Below the pieces are notes generated by a model. The model was not told the origin of the DNA. It did not search any database and worked only from the letters and a program-made list of their open reading frames with translations. 64,000 nucleotides of DNA from assembly GCF_054482595.1 (NCBI RefSeq), contig NZ_CM137008.1; one strand, 5' to 3'. Positions 30,946 through 50,588 of this stretch are shown piece by piece. The position numbers and the translations under genes were made by a program. The first letter of the stretch is position 1. The number at the start of each line of letters is the position of its first letter.

Positions 30946-31752
30946 TTAGCGGCGGAAGGTCGCCCAGACGGGGGCGTGATCGGACGGTTTTTCCATGCTG
31001 CGAATTTCATAGTCGATGCCGGTTTCTACGCAACATTCTGCCAGCGGTTGGCTGGCGAGCAGCAGGTCGATGCGCAGACCACGGTTATCGTCAAAACCTT
31101 TTGAGCGGTAATCAAACCATGAGAAACGATCTGCTGTTTGCGGATTCGCATGGCGGAAGGTATCGACCAACCCCCAGCTCATCAGTCTCTCCATCCATTC
31201 GCGTTCCTCCGGAAGGAAAGAACATTTTCCGGTACGCAGCCAGCGCTTACGGTTCTCTTCGCCAATGCCAATATCCAGGTCGCCAGGACTGATATTCATA
31301 TCGCCCATAATCAGCACCGGATTTTCACGCTTGAGTTCGGTTTCCAGGTAGTTTTGCAGGTTCTGATAAAACTGCGCTTTTGCCGGGAATTTTATCGGAT
31401 GGTCGCGGCTTTCACCCTGCGGGAAGTAACCGTTGATCACGGTGACATTACCCAGCGGTGAGGGGATTTCCGCCATAATAATCCGCCGCTGCGCCTCTTC
31501 GTCGTCACCGGGAAAGCCGCGACGCACGGCAATCGGCGTCTCTTTGGTCAGCAGCGCCACGCCATAATGGCCTTTCTGCCCGTGATAAAACACGTTGTAG
31601 CCGAGCTTCGCCACCTCTTCGAGCGGAAACATATCGTCATGAACTTTTGTCTCCTGCAGGCCAATCACATCCGGTTGGTGCTTTTCGACGATGGCTTCAA
31701 GCTGGTGGGGCCTGGCGCGCAGGCCGTTGATATTAAAAGAGACAAATTTCAT
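30946..31752 (-). CDS. xthA: Exodeoxyribonuclease III (AP endonuclease VI)
   Basis: Start at [14 protein letters not shown] (268 aa); EEP-family nuclease motifs (GLQETK, GDMNISP, SDHAPV). Confidence 0.93.
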   Translation of the reverse strand: MKFVSFNINGLRARPHQLEAIVEKHQPDVIGLQETKVHDDMFPLEEVAKLGYNVFYHGQKGHYGVALLTKETPIAVRRGFPGDDEEAQRRIIMAEIPSPLGNVTVINGYFPQGESRDHPIKFPAKAQFYQNLQNYLETELKRENPVLIMGDMNISPGDLDIGIGEENRKRWLRTGKCSFLPEEREWMERLMSWGLVDTFRHANPQTADRFSWFDYRSKGFDDNRGLRIDLLLASQPLAECCVETGIDYEIRSMEKPSDHAPVWATFRR

Positions 31753-32109
31753 AGTCGCTGCCATTTATTCAGATAAAGAGTGCGTGGATGGTAGCAGAAT
31801 TTCGCTTTGCTTACCGCCTGTTGTTAAGTGATTTGATCGATGGTTGTTAATGATGTCAACGATGGCGCAAAAAATGCCCGCTTTTGGTGCGCGCTGCGTC
31901 AGAATGGCGCAGTAATTTCCAGTAAATTTCGTCAATGATCACAATTCCAGAATTATATTTTACTTCTGCATAACATTGCGTTTTTTATTCTTTTTATTCA
32001 CCCACATCGCAAACGTATTCACTTAATATGCACTTTAAATGCATATGGTTTGGTTATAACTCCTTGATTTCCAGTTAGCCTCCGCGGTTTATGCACTTTT
32101 ATCACTGGC

Positions 32110-32125
32110 TGGCACGAACCCTGCA
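32110..32125 (+). promoter_or_regulatory. Sigma-54 (-24/-12) promoter upstream of astC: TGGCAC-gaacc-CTGCA
   Basis: The sequence matches the TGGCAC-N5-TTGCA consensus with one mismatch and lies about 70 bp upstream of the astC ATG. Established knowledge: the ast operon has an NtrC/sigma-54 promoter. Confidence 0.7.
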
Positions 32126-32161
32126 ATCTACATTTACAGCGCAAACATTACTTATTATTAA

Positions 32162-33414
<1,253 letters not shown>

Positions 33415-33418
<4 letters not shown>

Positions 33419-34445
33419 TGGTCATCCGTCCCGTTGAACGCTCAGATGTCTCGGCGCTGATGCAGCTTGCCAGCAAAACGGGCGGCGGCCTGACGTCGCT
33501 TCCCGCCAATGAAGCCACGCTTTCGGCGCGTATCGAAAGGGCAATCAAAACCTGGCAAGGCGAACTGCCCAAAAGTGAGCAGGGCTATGTGTTCGTGCTG
33601 GAAGATAGCGAGACAGGCACCGTGGCGGGGATTTGTGCCATTGAGGTGGCAGTTGGGCTGAACGATCCCTGGTACAACTATCGCGTCGGCACGCTGGTTC
33701 ACGCTTCGAAAGAGCTGAATGTCTATAACGCGCTGCCGACGCTGTTTCTCAGTAACGATCACACCGGCAGCAGCGAGCTGTGCACGCTGTTTCTCGACCC
33801 GGACTGGCGCAAAGAGGGCAACGGCTATTTGCTGTCGAAATCGCGCTTTATGTTTATGGCGGCTTTTCGCGACAAGTTTAATGACAAAGTGGTTGCTGAA
33901 ATGCGCGGGGTGATTGACGAACACGGCTATTCACCGTTCTGGCAAAGCCTCGGTAAACGCTTCTTTTCGATGGATTTTAGCCGCGCCGATTTTCTCTGCG
34001 GCACCGGGCAAAAGGCATTTATTGCAGAACTGATGCCGAAACATCCGATCTATACGCACTTTTTATCCCAGGAAGCCCAGGACGTCATCGGTCAGGTACA
34101 TCCGCAAACCGCGCCTGCCCGCGCGGTGCTGGAGAAAGAAGGTTTTCGTTACCGCAACTATATCGACATCTTCGACGGTGGGCCGACGCTTGAGTGTGAC
34201 ATCGACCGCGTGCGCGCCATCCGTAAAAGTCGGCTGGTGGAAGTGGCAGAAGGGCAGCCTGCGCAGGGCGATTTTCCGGCCTGCCTGGTCGCCAATGAAA
34301 ATTATCACCATTTCCGCGTGGTGCTGGTGCGTACCGATCCGGCAACCGAGCGTTTGATTTTAACCGCCGCACAACTCGATGCCCTCAAATGCCACGCAGG
34401 GGATCGCGTTCGTCTGGTGCGCCTGTGCGCAGAGGAGAAAACAGT

Positions 34446-34449
<4 letters not shown>
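33415..34449 (+). CDS. astA: Arginine N-succinyltransferase
   Basis: 344-aa ORF ([19 protein letters not shown]...); ATGA overlap with the astC stop. Confidence 0.92.
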
Positions 34450-38259
<3,810 letters not shown>

Positions 38260-38263
38260 TACT

Positions 38264-38300
38264 TACCCGCAGAAATCATTCTGCGGGTATTAAGTTACTT
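38264..38300 (+). terminator. Hairpin terminator after astE (tacccgcagaa / ttctgcgggta)
   Basis: 11-bp perfect stem immediately after the astE stop, followed by a moderately T-rich tract. Confidence 0.5.
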
Positions 38301-38588
38301 TCTTATAAATTAATACAGATTAATCCTGGTTATTTGCTTTATTTATCACCAGTCATCCGGTATAGTTCTTCATAATCTCTGCAAAATCATCGTGTTGTAA
38401 TATTCTCTCATCACTCTCCATCAAATTTTCTTTTTTTCTCCATAATTGGCGCAAAAGTGTTTTTTACACTTTCATTGTTTTACCGTTGCTCTGATTAATT
38501 GACGCTAAAGTCAGTAAAGTTAATCTCGTCAACACGGCACGCTACTTAAGAAAGCCGTAATAAATAACTGAAAGGAAGGATATAGAAT

Positions 38589-39074
38589 ATGCGTAAATTA
38601 ACTGCACTGTTTGTTGCCTCTACCCTGGCTCTTGGCGCGGCTAACCTGGCCCATGCCGCAGACACCACTACCGCAGCACCGGCTGACGCGAAGCCGATGA
38701 TGCACCATAAAGGCAAGTTCGGTCCGCATCAGGACATGATGTTCAAAGACCTGAACCTGACCGACGCGCAAAAACAGCAGATCCGCGAAATCATGAAAGG
38801 CCAGCGTGACCAGATGAAACGTCCGCCGCTGGAAGAACGTCGCGCAATGCATGACATCATTGCCAGCGATACCTTCGATAAAGCAAAAGCTGAAGCGCAG
38901 ATCGCAAAAATGGAAGAACAGCGCAAAGCTAACATGCTGGCGCACATGGAAACCCAGAACAAAATTTACAACATCCTGACGCCGGAACAGAAAAAGCAAT
39001 TTAATGCTAATTTTGAGAAGCGTCTGACAGAACGTCCAGCGGCAAAAGGTAAAATGCCTGCAACTGCTGAATAA
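38589..39074 (+). CDS. spy: Periplasmic ATP-independent chaperone Spy
   Basis: 161-aa ORF with signal peptide and paired LTxxQ motifs (LNLTDAQKQQI, LTPEQKKQF). Confidence 0.93.
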   Translation: MRKLTALFVASTLALGAANLAHAADTTTAAPADAKPMMHHKGKFGPHQDMMFKDLNLTDAQKQQIREIMKGQRDQMKRPPLEERRAMHDIIASDTFDKAKAEAQIAKMEEQRKANMLAHMETQNKIYNILTPEQKKQFNANFEKRLTERPAAKGKMPATAE

Positions 39075-39096
39075 TCTTTCAGCCAAAAAACTTAAG

Positions 39097-39165
39097 ACCG
39101 CCGGTCTTGTCCACTACCTTGCAGTAATGCGGTGGACAGGATCGGCGGTTTTCTTTTCTCTTCTC
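39097..39165 (+). terminator. Rho-independent terminator of spy (long imperfect hairpin accgccggtcttgtcc…ggacaggatcggcggt followed by a T-rich run)
   Basis: Extended stem-loop plus tttcttttctcttc tract directly after the spy stop. Confidence 0.7.
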
Positions 39166-39198
39166 AAACAGTTGTAAAAAAAGCCTGATCACCACTAA

Positions 39199-40699
<1,501 letters not shown>

Positions 40700-40712
40700 T
40701 GTTGACTCCGAA

Positions 40713-40732
40713 TGCTGGTTATCTATCCAGTG
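40713..40732. promoter_or_regulatory. LexA (SOS) box variant upstream of cho: CTGG-ttatctat-CCAG
   Basis: 16-bp CTGx-N8-xCAG palindrome 14 bp upstream of the cho start. Established knowledge: cho is SOS-regulated with a non-canonical box. Confidence 0.65.
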
Positions 40733-40847
40733 TAACAGGCGGGAAGCGATTAAAAAAGAGGCGGGTCGATGACAAAGGTTACACCGTCTGACGTGCTACG
40801 CCTGTCAGGCCTATTCGACTCCTGCAATGTATTGAATTTGCATAGTT

Positions 40848-40891
40848 TTGTAGGTCGAACAAGGCGTTCACGCCGCATCCGGCGTGAACAA
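40848..40891. repeat. REP element between nadE and cho (…cacgccgcatccggcgtgaac… hairpin)
   Basis: The reverse strand reads GCCGGATGCGGCGTGAACGCCTTGTTCGACCTACA, close to the REP consensus GCCGGATGCGGCGTGAACGCCTTATCCGGCCTACA. Confidence 0.7.
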
Positions 40892-40928
40892 ATTACTCTT
40901 TTTCGCACAATCCAATAGGTGCAAATTA

Positions 40929-41756
40929 TTACTTTTTCCAGAAATCATCGAAAACGGTAATTGGCGGACGGCGTTTATGTTCGGTTTTCAGATACCAGTT
41001 CTCTATTGTTCTGGCGACCTGTTCAGGTACGTTTTTCCCTTCCAGATAGTCGTCGATATTGTCATAGGTCACGCCGAGTGCCACTTCATCTGGCAGAGAA
41101 GGGCGATCATCTTCCAGATCGGCCGTTGGCGCTTTCTTATAAAGGTGTTCCGGGCAACCTAATGCCGCCAGTAACTGTTTACCCTGACGTTTGTTGAGAC
41201 GATACAGCGGATTAATGTCCGTACCGCCGTCACCATATTTAGTGAAGAATCCGGTAATGGCTTCTGCTGCATGATCGGTGCCCACCACGACACCGCTGGT
41301 CATACCCGCAATGCTATATTGTGCTTTCATCCGCTCACGCGCTTTTTCATTGCCACGGACAAAATCGCTCAGTTCAATGCCTGCTTCCCGCAATGCCTGC
41401 TCGCTAGCCAATACCGCGCCCTTGATATTAACGGTTAATACGCGATCCGGTTGAATAAAGGCAATGGCATCCTGGCAATCTTGTTCGTCGGCCTGAACAC
41501 CATAGGGCAGGCGTACGGCAATAAATTGCAGTGATTCGTTGCCAGTTTCCTGGCGCAGCTCATTAATCGCCATCTGGCACAGCTTTCCGGCAAGCGTGGA
41601 GTCCTGACCGCCGCTGATCCCGAGCACCAGTGATTTAATGAACGGATAAGTTTGCAGGTAGCTTTTCAGAAAATCGACACTACGACGAATTTCCTCTTCA
41701 GCATTAATCTGCGGTTTTGCGCCCAGCGCCTTTATTATTTGTTGTTGCAATGTCAT
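40929..41756 (-). CDS. nadE: NH3-dependent NAD+ synthetase
   Basis: 275-aa ORF with PP-loop ATP pyrophosphatase motif SGGQDS. Confidence 0.93.
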
Positions 41757-41957
41757 TGAACCCCTCCAGACAGAAAAGACAAAACTTCCTTAAAGCTAAC
41801 CCGTTGCTACTGAAACGACAAGCGACAGCGGGCTGAATGGTGGTTAAAACATCATACAGGAATCCTCTGAAAGCGGAGCCGTTTCGTTCACGGGCTTGAA
41901 AAAGCGCCCAATGTATTCCAGGCTTATCTAACACGCTGATAAACAAGAGGACGGAAT

Positions 41958-42296
41958 ATGAACAAGAATATGGCAGGAATTCTGAGTGCAGCGGCGGTAT
42001 TAACCATGCTGGCGGGTTGTACGGCTTATGATCGTACTAAAGACCAGTTTGTACAGCCTGTGGTGAAAGACGTCAAAAAAGGCATGAGCCGGGCGCAGGT
42101 TGCACAAATTGCAGGTAAGCCTTCGTCTGAAGTGAGCATGATCCATGCTCGTGGTACTTGCCAGACCTACATCCTGGGTCAACGTGATGGTAAAGCAGAA
42201 ACCTACTTTGTCGCGTTAGATGATACCGGACATGTCATCAACTCCGGTTATCAGACCTGTGCTGAATACGACACTGATCCACAGGCTGCGAAGTAA
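41958..42296 (+). CDS. osmE: Osmotically inducible lipoprotein OsmE
   Basis: 112-aa ORF with lipoprotein signal peptide (…AVLTMLAGC). Confidence 0.88.
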
Positions 42297-42328
42297 TCAC
42301 TTCGCCTGAAAGCTTGAGTTACAACGGA

Positions 42329-42354
42329 AACCGGCCATTGCGCCGGTTTTTTTT
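42329..42354 (+). terminator. Rho-independent terminator of osmE (aaccggc / cattgc / gccggtt + T8)
   Basis: Perfect 7-bp stem, 6-nt loop, followed by tttttttt. Confidence 0.8.
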
Positions 42355-42396
42355 GGCCTGAGTTCTTAATTATCTTCGCGAATTATTTGCCCGAAA

Positions 42397-42412
42397 TGTG
42401 AAGAGGGTCATA
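42397..42412. promoter_or_regulatory. CRP-like site TGTGA-agaggg-TCATA in the chb operon promoter region
   Basis: Matches TGTGA-N6-TCACA with one mismatch, about 180 bp upstream of chbB. Established knowledge: chb is CRP/NagC/ChbR-regulated. Confidence 0.4.
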
Positions 42413-42594
42413 ACCGCAGGTCAAGGAGAGACAATTTATAAGGTCAAAGAAATACTATTGCTCAGGTCTATACCGTATACTCCTTTCAGCCACAAAAAAA
42501 GTCATGTTGGTTTCGCAAGTTACCCAGAGCATGGAAGCAGGTTAAGGCTTGCGGAGTGTCTGGCTGACAGATAATCGTCGATGAGGGCAGTTTT

Positions 42595-42915
42595 ATGGAA
42601 AAGAAACACATTTATCTGTTTTGTTCTGCGGGCATGTCTACCTCTTTACTGGTATCAAAAATGCGCGCACAGGCAGAAAAATATGAAGTTCCGGTCATTA
42701 TTGAAGCATTTCCGGAAACACTGGCTGGTGAAAAAGGTCAGAATGCCGATGTCGTGTTATTAGGGCCGCAGATTGCTTATATGTTGCCCGAAATCCAGCG
42801 TTTGTTACCCAACAAACCGGTTGAAGTAATTGACTCGCTGCTTTATGGCAAAGTCGATGGTTTAGGCGTGCTTAAGGCTGCGGTTGCAGCGATTAAAAAA
42901 GCCGCAGCAAATTAA
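42595..42915 (+). CDS. chbB: PTS chitobiose-specific EIIB component
   Basis: 106-aa ORF with phospho-Cys loop CSAGMSTS. Confidence 0.92.
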   Translation: MEKKHIYLFCSAGMSTSLLVSKMRAQAEKYEVPVIIEAFPETLAGEKGQNADVVLLGPQIAYMLPEIQRLLPNKPVEVIDSLLYGKVDGLGVLKAAVAAIKKAAAN

Positions 42916-42999
42916 TTTATTTTAAATTTTCCCGTCAAAGAGTTATTTCATAAATCAATACCGCAATATTTAAATTGCGGTTTTTAAGGGTATTTTTCT

Positions 43000-44355
43000 A
43001 TGAGTAATGTTATTGCATCGCTTGAAAAGGTACTCCTCCCTTTTGCAGTTAAAATAGGAAAGCAGCCACACGTTAATGCAATCAAAAATGGCTTTATTCG
43101 CTTAATGCCGTTAACCCTTGCGGGGGCCATGTTTGTATTAATTAACAACGTTTTTCTAAGCTTTGGGGAGGGGTCGTTTTTTTATTCCTTAGGTATTCGC
43201 CTCGACGCCTCCATTGAAACACTTAATGGTCTGAAAGGTATTGGCGGCAACGTATATAACGGAACATTAGGGATAATGTCTTTAATGGCACCGTTCTTTA
43301 TTGGCATGGCGCTGGCAGAAGAGCGTAAAGTCGATGCGCTGGCGGCTGGGTTGTTATCCGTTGCAGCATTTATGACCGTCACCCCATATAGTGTCGGTGA
43401 GGCCTATGCGGTTGGCGCAAACTGGTTAGGTGGGGCGAATATCATCTCCGGGATTATTATTGGCCTGGTGGTGGCAGAAATGTTTACCTTTATTGTCCGC
43501 CGCAATTGGGTCATTAAACTGCCCGACAGCGTACCTGCTTCAGTATCGCGTTCCTTCTCGGCATTAATTCCCGGCTTTATTATTCTTTCCGTGATGGGGA
43601 TTATTGCCTGGGCGTTGAATACCTGGGGCACCAACTTCCATCAGATCATTATGGATACCATCTCAACCCCACTGGCATCGTTGGGTAGCGTGGTGGGCTG
43701 GGCCTATGTGATCTTTGTTCCACTGCTCTGGTTCTTCGGTATTCATGGCGCGCTGGCGCTGACCGCACTGGACAACGGCATTATGACGCCGTGGGCGCTG
43801 GAAAATATCGCGACCTATCAGCAATATGGTTCCGTCGAAGCGGCGCTGGCAGCCGGTAAGACCTTCCATATCTGGGCCAAGCCGATGCTGGACTCCTTTA
43901 TTTTCCTTGGGGGCAGTGGTGCGACTTTAGGCCTGATCCTGGCTATCTTTATCGCCTCTCGCCGTGCTGATTATCGTCAGGTGGCAAAACTGGCGCTGCC
44001 GTCCGGCATCTTCCAGATTAACGAACCGATTCTGTTTGGTCTGCCAATTATTATGAACCCGGTGATGTTTATCCCGTTTGTACTGGTACAACCGATTCTG
44101 GCGGCAATCACCCTGGCAGCGTACTACATGGGCATTATTCCTCCGGTGACCAATATTGCACCGTGGACCATGCCAACCGGTCTGGGAGCCTTCTTTAACA
44201 CCAACGGTAGCGTCGCCGCATTGCTGGTTGCACTCTTCAACCTTGGTATCGCAACGTTAATTTATCTGCCCTTTGTTGTGGTGGCTAACAAAGCACAAAA
44301 CGCGATTGATAAAGAAGAGAGCGAAGAAGATATCGCTAACGCCCTGAAATTTTAA
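43000..44355 (+). CDS. chbC: PTS chitobiose-specific EIIC permease
   Basis: 451-aa polytopic ORF of the lactose/cellobiose EIIC family. Confidence 0.92.
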   Translation: MSNVIASLEKVLLPFAVKIGKQPHVNAIKNGFIRLMPLTLAGAMFVLINNVFLSFGEGSFFYSLGIRLDASIETLNGLKGIGGNVYNGTLGIMSLMAPFFIGMALAEERKVDALAAGLLSVAAFMTVTPYSVGEAYAVGANWLGGANIISGIIIGLVVAEMFTFIVRRNWVIKLPDSVPASVSRSFSALIPGFIILSVMGIIAWALNTWGTNFHQIIMDTISTPLASLGSVVGWAYVIFVPLLWFFGIHGALALTALDNGIMTPWALENIATYQQYGSVEAALAAGKTFHIWAKPMLDSFIFLGGSGATLGLILAIFIASRRADYRQVAKLALPSGIFQINEPILFGLPIIMNPVMFIPFVLVQPILAAITLAAYYMGIIPPVTNIAPWTMPTGLGAFFNTNGSVAALLVALFNLGIATLIYLPFVVVANKAQNAIDKEESEEDIANALKF

Positions 44356-44405
44356 TCGATGCCGGTACGGGTAATCGTGCCGGTAAGAATAGAGAGGAAC
44401 GATAT

Positions 44406-44756
44406 ATGATGGATCTCGATAATATTCCCGATACGCAAACGGAAGCTGAAGAGCTGGAAGAAGTGGTGATGGGGCTTATCATCAACTCCGGACAAGCGCG
44501 CAGCCTGGCGTATGCGGCACTGAAACAGGCGAAGCAGGGCGATTTTGCCGCAGCAAAAGCCATGATGGATCAGTCACGGATGGCATTGAATGAAGCGCAT
44601 CTGGTACAGACGAAACTGATTGAAGGCGATGCGGGCGAAGGTAAGATGAAAGTGAGTCTGGTGCTGGTCCACGCTCAGGATCATTTAATGACGTCCATGC
44701 TTGCGCGTGAACTGATTACAGAATTAATTGAGCTTCATGAAAAACTGAAGGCATAA
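44406..44756 (+). CDS. chbA: PTS chitobiose-specific EIIA component
   Basis: 116-aa helical EIIA of the Lac family. Confidence 0.9.
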   Translation: MMDLDNIPDTQTEAEELEEVVMGLIINSGQARSLAYAALKQAKQGDFAAAKAMMDQSRMALNEAHLVQTKLIEGDAGEGKMKVSLVLVHAQDHLMTSMLARELITELIELHEKLKA

Positions 44757-44763
44757 GGAGTCG

Positions 44764-45606
44764 ATGATGCAGCCAGTGATTAACGCGCCGGAAATTGCCA
44801 CTGCCCGAGAACAGCAGTTGTTTAATGGCAAAAACTTCCATGTGTTTATCTATAACAAAACTGAGAGTATCAGCGGACTGCATCAGCACGACTATTATGA
44901 ATTTACTCTGGTATTAACCGGGCGTTATTTCCAGGAGATTAACGGTAAGCGCGTGTTACTGGAACGGGGCGATTTTGTTTTTATTCCGTTAGGTTCGCAC
45001 CATCAAAGTTTTTATGAGTTTGGTGCCACGCGTATATTGAACGTTGGGATCAGTAAACGCTTTTTTGAGCAGCATTACCTGCCGTTGTTGCCTTATTGCT
45101 TTGTAGCTTCGCAGGTATACCGGACCAATAACGCTTTTCTCACCTATGTGGAAACAGTGATTTCTTCATTGAATTTCCGCGAAACAGGGCTGGAAGAGTT
45201 TGTTGAGATGGTTACTTTTTATGTCATTAACCGTTTACGTCATTACCGCGAAGAACAGGTGATTGATGATGTACCGCAGTGGCTGAAAAGTACGGTAGAA
45301 AAGATGCATGATAAAGAGCAGTTTAGTGAATCGGCGCTGGAGAATATGGTGACGTTGTCAGCCAAATCACAGGAATATTTGACGCGGGCGACTCAACGAT
45401 ATTATGGCAAAACGCCAATGCAGATTATTAATGAAATCCGTATTAATTTTGCCAAAAAACAACTGGAAATGACCAACTATTCAGTGACGGATATTGCGTT
45501 TGAGGCCGGTTATAGTAGCCCGAGTTTGTTTATTAAAACGTTTAAGAAATTAACGTCCTTTACGCCTAAGAGCTATCGTAAGAAATTGACTGAATTTAAT
45601 CAGTAA
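44764..45606 (+). CDS. chbR: AraC-family dual regulator of the chb operon
   Basis: 280-aa ORF with cupin-like N-domain and C-terminal AraC HTH. Confidence 0.9.
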   Translation: MMQPVINAPEIATAREQQLFNGKNFHVFIYNKTESISGLHQHDYYEFTLVLTGRYFQEINGKRVLLERGDFVFIPLGSHHQSFYEFGATRILNVGISKRFFEQHYLPLLPYCFVASQVYRTNNAFLTYVETVISSLNFRETGLEEFVEMVTFYVINRLRHYREEQVIDDVPQWLKSTVEKMHDKEQFSESALENMVTLSAKSQEYLTRATQRYYGKTPMQIINEIRINFAKKQLEMTNYSVTDIAFEAGYSSPSLFIKTFKKLTSFTPKSYRKKLTEFNQ

Positions 45607-45710
45607 GTCGTTATACCTGACAATTCACATATCTGTCCTGTTGCTGGATTATTTATGTCCGGGGGGGCAGATATGCCAGATATCAGTATTCTGTACTGAA
45701 GGGAGAAATT

Positions 45711-47063
45711 ATGAGCCAGAAATTAAAAGTCGTCACTATTGGTGGCGGGAGCAGCTATACCCCGGAGTTACTGGAAGGATTTATTAAGCGTTATCACGAA
45801 TTGCCGGTCAGCGAATTATGGCTGGTGGATGTCGAAGGTGGCAAAGCTAAACTGGATATTATTTTCGATCTCTGCCAACGGATGATTGATAACGCTGGCG
45901 TCCCGATGAAGCTTTATAAAACGCTGGATCGCCGCGAAGCATTGAAAGATGCTGATTTCGTTACTACCCAACTGCGCGTAGGCCAATTACCGGCGCGCGA
46001 ACTGGATGAACGTATTCCATTAAGTCATGGTTATCTTGGTCAGGAAACCAACGGCGCGGGCGGTCTGTTTAAAGGTCTGCGTACCATTCCGGTGATTTTT
46101 GACATCGTAAAAGATGTCGAAGAACTTTGTCCGAATGCATGGGTGATTAACTTCACTAACCCGGCGGGAATGGTCACTGAAGCCGTTTATCGTCATACCG
46201 GATTTAAACGCTTTATCGGCGTGTGTAATATTCCGATCGGCATGAAGATGTTTATTCGCGATGTTCTGATGCTGAAAGACAGCGATGATTTATCTATCGA
46301 TCTGTTCGGCCTCAACCATATGGTGTTCATTAAGGATGTGCTGGTAAATGGCAAATCTCGCTTTGCCGAATTACTTGATGGTGTGGCATCCGGGCAGTTA
46401 AAAGCATCTGGCGTTAAAAATATTTTCGATCTGCCATTTAGCGAAGGCTTAATTCGTTCGCTGAATCTGTTGCCGTGTTCTTATTTGCTTTATTACTTCA
46501 AGCAAAAAGAGATGCTGGCTATTGAAATGGGCGAATACTACAAAGGCGGCGCACGAGCGCAGGTAGTACAGAAAGTCGAGAAACAACTTTTTGAGCTGTA
46601 TAAAAACCCGGAGTTGAAAGTTAAGCCGAAAGAACTGGAACAGCGCGGTGGGGCTTATTACTCTGATGCAGCGTGCGAAGTGATCAACGCTATCTACAAC
46701 GACAAGCAAGCAGAACATTACGTTAATATCCCGCATCATGGGCATATTGATAATATTCCGGCAGACTGGGCGGTAGAAATGACCTGTAAGCTGGGGCGCG
46801 ATGGCGCGACGCCACATCCGCGCATTACGCATTTCGATGATAAAGTGATGGGGCTGATTCACACCATTAAAGGCTTCGAGATTGCTGCCAGCAACGCCGC
46901 ACTTAGCGGAGAATTTAACGATGTGTTACTGGCGCTAAACCTTAGTCCGTTGGTGCATTCCGATCGCGATGCTGAGCTGCTGGCACGCGAGATGATTCTG
47001 GCGCACGAGAAATGGCTGCCAAATTTTGCCGACTGCATCGCAGAGCTTAAAAAAGCACATTAA
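45711..47063 (+). CDS. chbF: 6-phospho-beta-glucosidase (GH4, NAD/Mn-dependent)
   Basis: 450-aa ORF with N-terminal NAD-binding KVVTIGGGSSYTPEL and GH4 catalytic region. Confidence 0.92.
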   Translation: MSQKLKVVTIGGGSSYTPELLEGFIKRYHELPVSELWLVDVEGGKAKLDIIFDLCQRMIDNAGVPMKLYKTLDRREALKDADFVTTQLRVGQLPARELDERIPLSHGYLGQETNGAGGLFKGLRTIPVIFDIVKDVEELCPNAWVINFTNPAGMVTEAVYRHTGFKRFIGVCNIPIGMKMFIRDVLMLKDSDDLSIDLFGLNHMVFIKDVLVNGKSRFAELLDGVASGQLKASGVKNIFDLPFSEGLIRSLNLLPCSYLLYYFKQKEMLAIEMGEYYKGGARAQVVQKVEKQLFELYKNPELKVKPKELEQRGGAYYSDAACEVINAIYNDKQAEHYVNIPHHGHIDNIPADWAVEMTCKLGRDGATPHPRITHFDDKVMGLIHTIKGFEIAASNAALSGEFNDVLLALNLSPLVHSDRDAELLAREMILAHEKWLPNFADCIAELKKAH

Positions 47064-47834
<771 letters not shown>

Positions 47835-47844
47835 GTAAGGTGGT

Positions 47845-47872
47845 AAGGTCACTCCCCAGGGGACGTGACCTT
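47845..47872. terminator. Hairpin between convergent chbG and katE (aaggtcac…gtgacctt); possible terminator lacking a clear U-tract
   Basis: Perfect 8-bp outer stem with inner tcccc/gggga pairing; no adjacent T-run on either strand. Confidence 0.35.
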
Positions 47873-47880
47873 ATCCATAT

Positions 47881-50142
47881 TTACGCCGGAATTTTGTCAA
47901 TCTTAGGAATGCGTGACCACACGCGGTGTGCTGCCATCAGCGTTAACAGTTCATCCATAAAACTACCGTCGGCGCTGTCAGCTTCCACAATCCCTTCTTC
48001 ACCCTGGTCAGCGACCTTGATTGTTGCTTTGAACTTGCGCGCGTCTCCCGCCAGCGCAATCGGTTTAAGGTGTTTGTAGGCTTCCATCAGGTAGTAGTTG
48101 GCATCGCCGTTGTCAGCGATATCCGCGATATTGCCGCAAGGGACAATGACCGCATCGACCGTCAGCGAAGGCGCACCGGCAAAGGTAGCGGCTATAGGCA
48201 ACACCGTACCGTCATCCGCAGTCACTTCACCCATTCGGGAGTAGAGCAGTTTGGCATGAACGCCTTTGGCCTTCAGGGCCTTGAGAATGGCCAGAAGGTC
48301 TGCCGATCTCACTTCATCATTAAGTAAAATCGCTACCACGCGACCTTTCACATCACCGTCAGGAATGGCGTACAAACTTAAGGATGGATCCTTTTTCAGA
48401 CCGTTGACGTCCGGAGGTGGGGTGATATTCAGCTGGTCGTCAGTTAGTTCGATACCGAGATTTTTCGCCACCGCCTTGGCCAGAGTGAGATCAATATGCG
48501 CCAGCTGGTCAACAACGCGCTCACGAATATAGGGACGAACGACTTTGCTTAACTCAAAACTGAAACCATCGACAATATGACGCTGCTCGAATGGCGTCTG
48601 ACTTAGCCAGAACAGACGCGGATGGGAATAATATTCGCCAAACGATGGGCTGCGCTCGCGAACTTTATTGCCTTCCACGCGCTCCTGGTATGATTCAAAA
48701 CCGCCGCGTTTCGGCCCCGGTGGTGTTTCGCGCGGCCAGTTATCGTTGATCGAGTTCGGTTCATAATTCGCCGGGTTAGTGTCGATCCCCATACGATGCA
48801 TGCCGTCACGCTGGAAATTATGGTAAGGGCAGGTCGGGCGGTTAATCGGAATCTCATGGAAATTCGGCCCACCAAGACGACTGATTTGTGTATCGGTATA
48901 GGAGAACAAACGTCCCTGCAACAGGGGATCGTTGGTGAAGTCCAGACCAGGAACAATATGACCTGGATGGAATGCTGCTTGTTCGTTTTCGGCAAAGAAG
49001 TTATCCGGATTGCGATTGAGCACCATTTTGCCGACACGCTGAACGGGCACCAGTTCTTCCGGGATCAGTTTGGTTGGATCGAGAAGATCGAAGTCGAACT
49101 TGAATTCATCTTCTTCAGGAATCAACTGGAAGCCCAGTTCGTATTCCGGAAAATCGCCTGCTTCAATGGCTTCCCACAACTCGCGGCGGTGGAAGTCCGG
49201 GTCACGTCCGGTTAGTTTTTGTGCTTCATCCCAAACGAGTGAGGCTTTACCTGCCAGTGGTTTCCAGTGGAAACGTACAAACGTTGCCTTCCCTTCGGCA
49301 TTAATCAGGCGGAAGGTATGAATACCAAAGCCTTCCATGGTGCGGTAACTGCGGGGGATGCCGCGATCCGACATCGCCCACATCACGTTGTGCAGAGTTT
49401 CAGGTTGCAGAGAAACATAATCCCAGAAAGTATCGTGGGCGCTTTGCCCTTGTGGAATTGCCCAGTGTGGTTCTGGTTTTACCGCATGAACAAAATCGGG
49501 GAATTTATGCGCATCCTGGATAAAGAAGATTGGCGTGTTATTGCCAACGAGGTCAAAAATACCCTCTTCAGTATAGAACTTGGTGGCAAAGCCACGGATA
49601 TCACGCACGGTATCGGCAGAGCCAGCACCACCCTGAACGGTAGAGAAACGTACAAATACTGGGGTGATTTTGTTCGGATCTGAGAGGAAATCCGCTTTGG
49701 TGATATCGCTTAAGCTTTTATATGGCTGGAAATAACCGTGAGCTGCTGATCCACGTGCATGAACAATACGTTCCGGGATGCGCTCATGGTCAAAGTGGGT
49801 GATTTTCTCGCGCAGAATAAAATCTTCCAGCAGCGTTGGACCACGGCTACCGGCACGCAGTGAGTTTTGATCGTCGGCGATGCGCACGCCCTGATTAGTG
49901 GTCAGCGCATAATTTTCACTGCCTTTGCGTACGTCTTCCAGAGAATTAAGTTTTTCGTTACGCGTATCAGGGGCTTTCAGGCTCCCTGGGGCGGTAGGTT
50001 GTGCACCTGGCGGTGTTGGTTCAGCCGCTGGACGATGAGAGCCGTCCTCAGGTGCCAGTGAGTCCATCCCCGGTTTCGCTTCGCTGGAATCGTGTAGTGG
50101 TGACTGGTGCTGATGTGGGTTCTTTTCGTTTTGTTGCGACAT
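47881..50142 (-). CDS. katE: Catalase HPII (large-subunit monofunctional catalase)
   Basis: 753-aa ORF with catalase core and C-terminal flavodoxin-like extension. Confidence 0.95.
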   Translation of the reverse strand: MSQQNEKNPHQHQSPLHDSSEAKPGMDSLAPEDGSHRPAAEPTPPGAQPTAPGSLKAPDTRNEKLNSLEDVRKGSENYALTTNQGVRIADDQNSLRAGSRGPTLLEDFILREKITHFDHERIPERIVHARGSAAHGYFQPYKSLSDITKADFLSDPNKITPVFVRFSTVQGGAGSADTVRDIRGFATKFYTEEGIFDLVGNNTPIFFIQDAHKFPDFVHAVKPEPHWAIPQGQSAHDTFWDYVSLQPETLHNVMWAMSDRGIPRSYRTMEGFGIHTFRLINAEGKATFVRFHWKPLAGKASLVWDEAQKLTGRDPDFHRRELWEAIEAGDFPEYELGFQLIPEEDEFKFDFDLLDPTKLIPEELVPVQRVGKMVLNRNPDNFFAENEQAAFHPGHIVPGLDFTNDPLLQGRLFSYTDTQISRLGGPNFHEIPINRPTCPYHNFQRDGMHRMGIDTNPANYEPNSINDNWPRETPPGPKRGGFESYQERVEGNKVRERSPSFGEYYSHPRLFWLSQTPFEQRHIVDGFSFELSKVVRPYIRERVVDQLAHIDLTLAKAVAKNLGIELTDDQLNITPPPDVNGLKKDPSLSLYAIPDGDVKGRVVAILLNDEVRSADLLAILKALKAKGVHAKLLYSRMGEVTADDGTVLPIAATFAGAPSLTVDAVIVPCGNIADIADNGDANYYLMEAYKHLKPIALAGDARKFKATIKVADQGEEGIVEADSADGSFMDELLTLMAAHRVWSRIPKIDKIPA

Positions 50143-50345
50143 TGAACTCGTCTCCTTAATTTATTACTGAAAGGGCCGCTGTTTTGGTCAAAAAACTCTC
50201 TAACTATAGACCACCAGCCAGACCCCGCTTCGGAGACTATTCTGGAAACGGTGTTATGAAATACACGCAAAGCGGGACGTACAGGGGCTAAATCGGCTAA
50301 ACTACAGTTTTTCTGATTTTTAATATGCGTTTAGTGAAGCCAGTA

Positions 50346-50588
50346 ATGAAGAAACCGCTCCGCCAGCAAAACCGCCAGATTATTAGCTATGTCCCACGCA
50401 CGGAACCCGCGCCGCCAGAACATGCGATAAAGATGGATTCGTTTCGTGATGTCTGGATGCTGCGTGGCAAATATGTTGCGTTTGTACTGATGGGAGAGTC
50501 ATTTCTGCGCTCACCGGCGTTTACTGTGCCTGAATCCGCCCAGCGTTGGGCAAATCAGATCCGCCAGGAAGGGGAAGTGACTGAGTAA
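50346..50588 (+). CDS. cedA: Cell-division modulator CedA
   Basis: Start placed at MKKPLRQQNRQIISYV (80 aa) within the 87-aa ORF. Confidence 0.8.
   Translation: MKKPLRQQNRQIISYVPRTEPAPPEHAIKMDSFRDVWMLRGKYVAFVLMGESFLRSPAFTVPESAQRWANQIRQEGEVTE

Noticed and set aside
47845-47872. Canonical rho-independent terminator between chbG and katE
   Set aside because: A good hairpin is present but neither strand has a following U-tract; kept only as a low-confidence hairpin.
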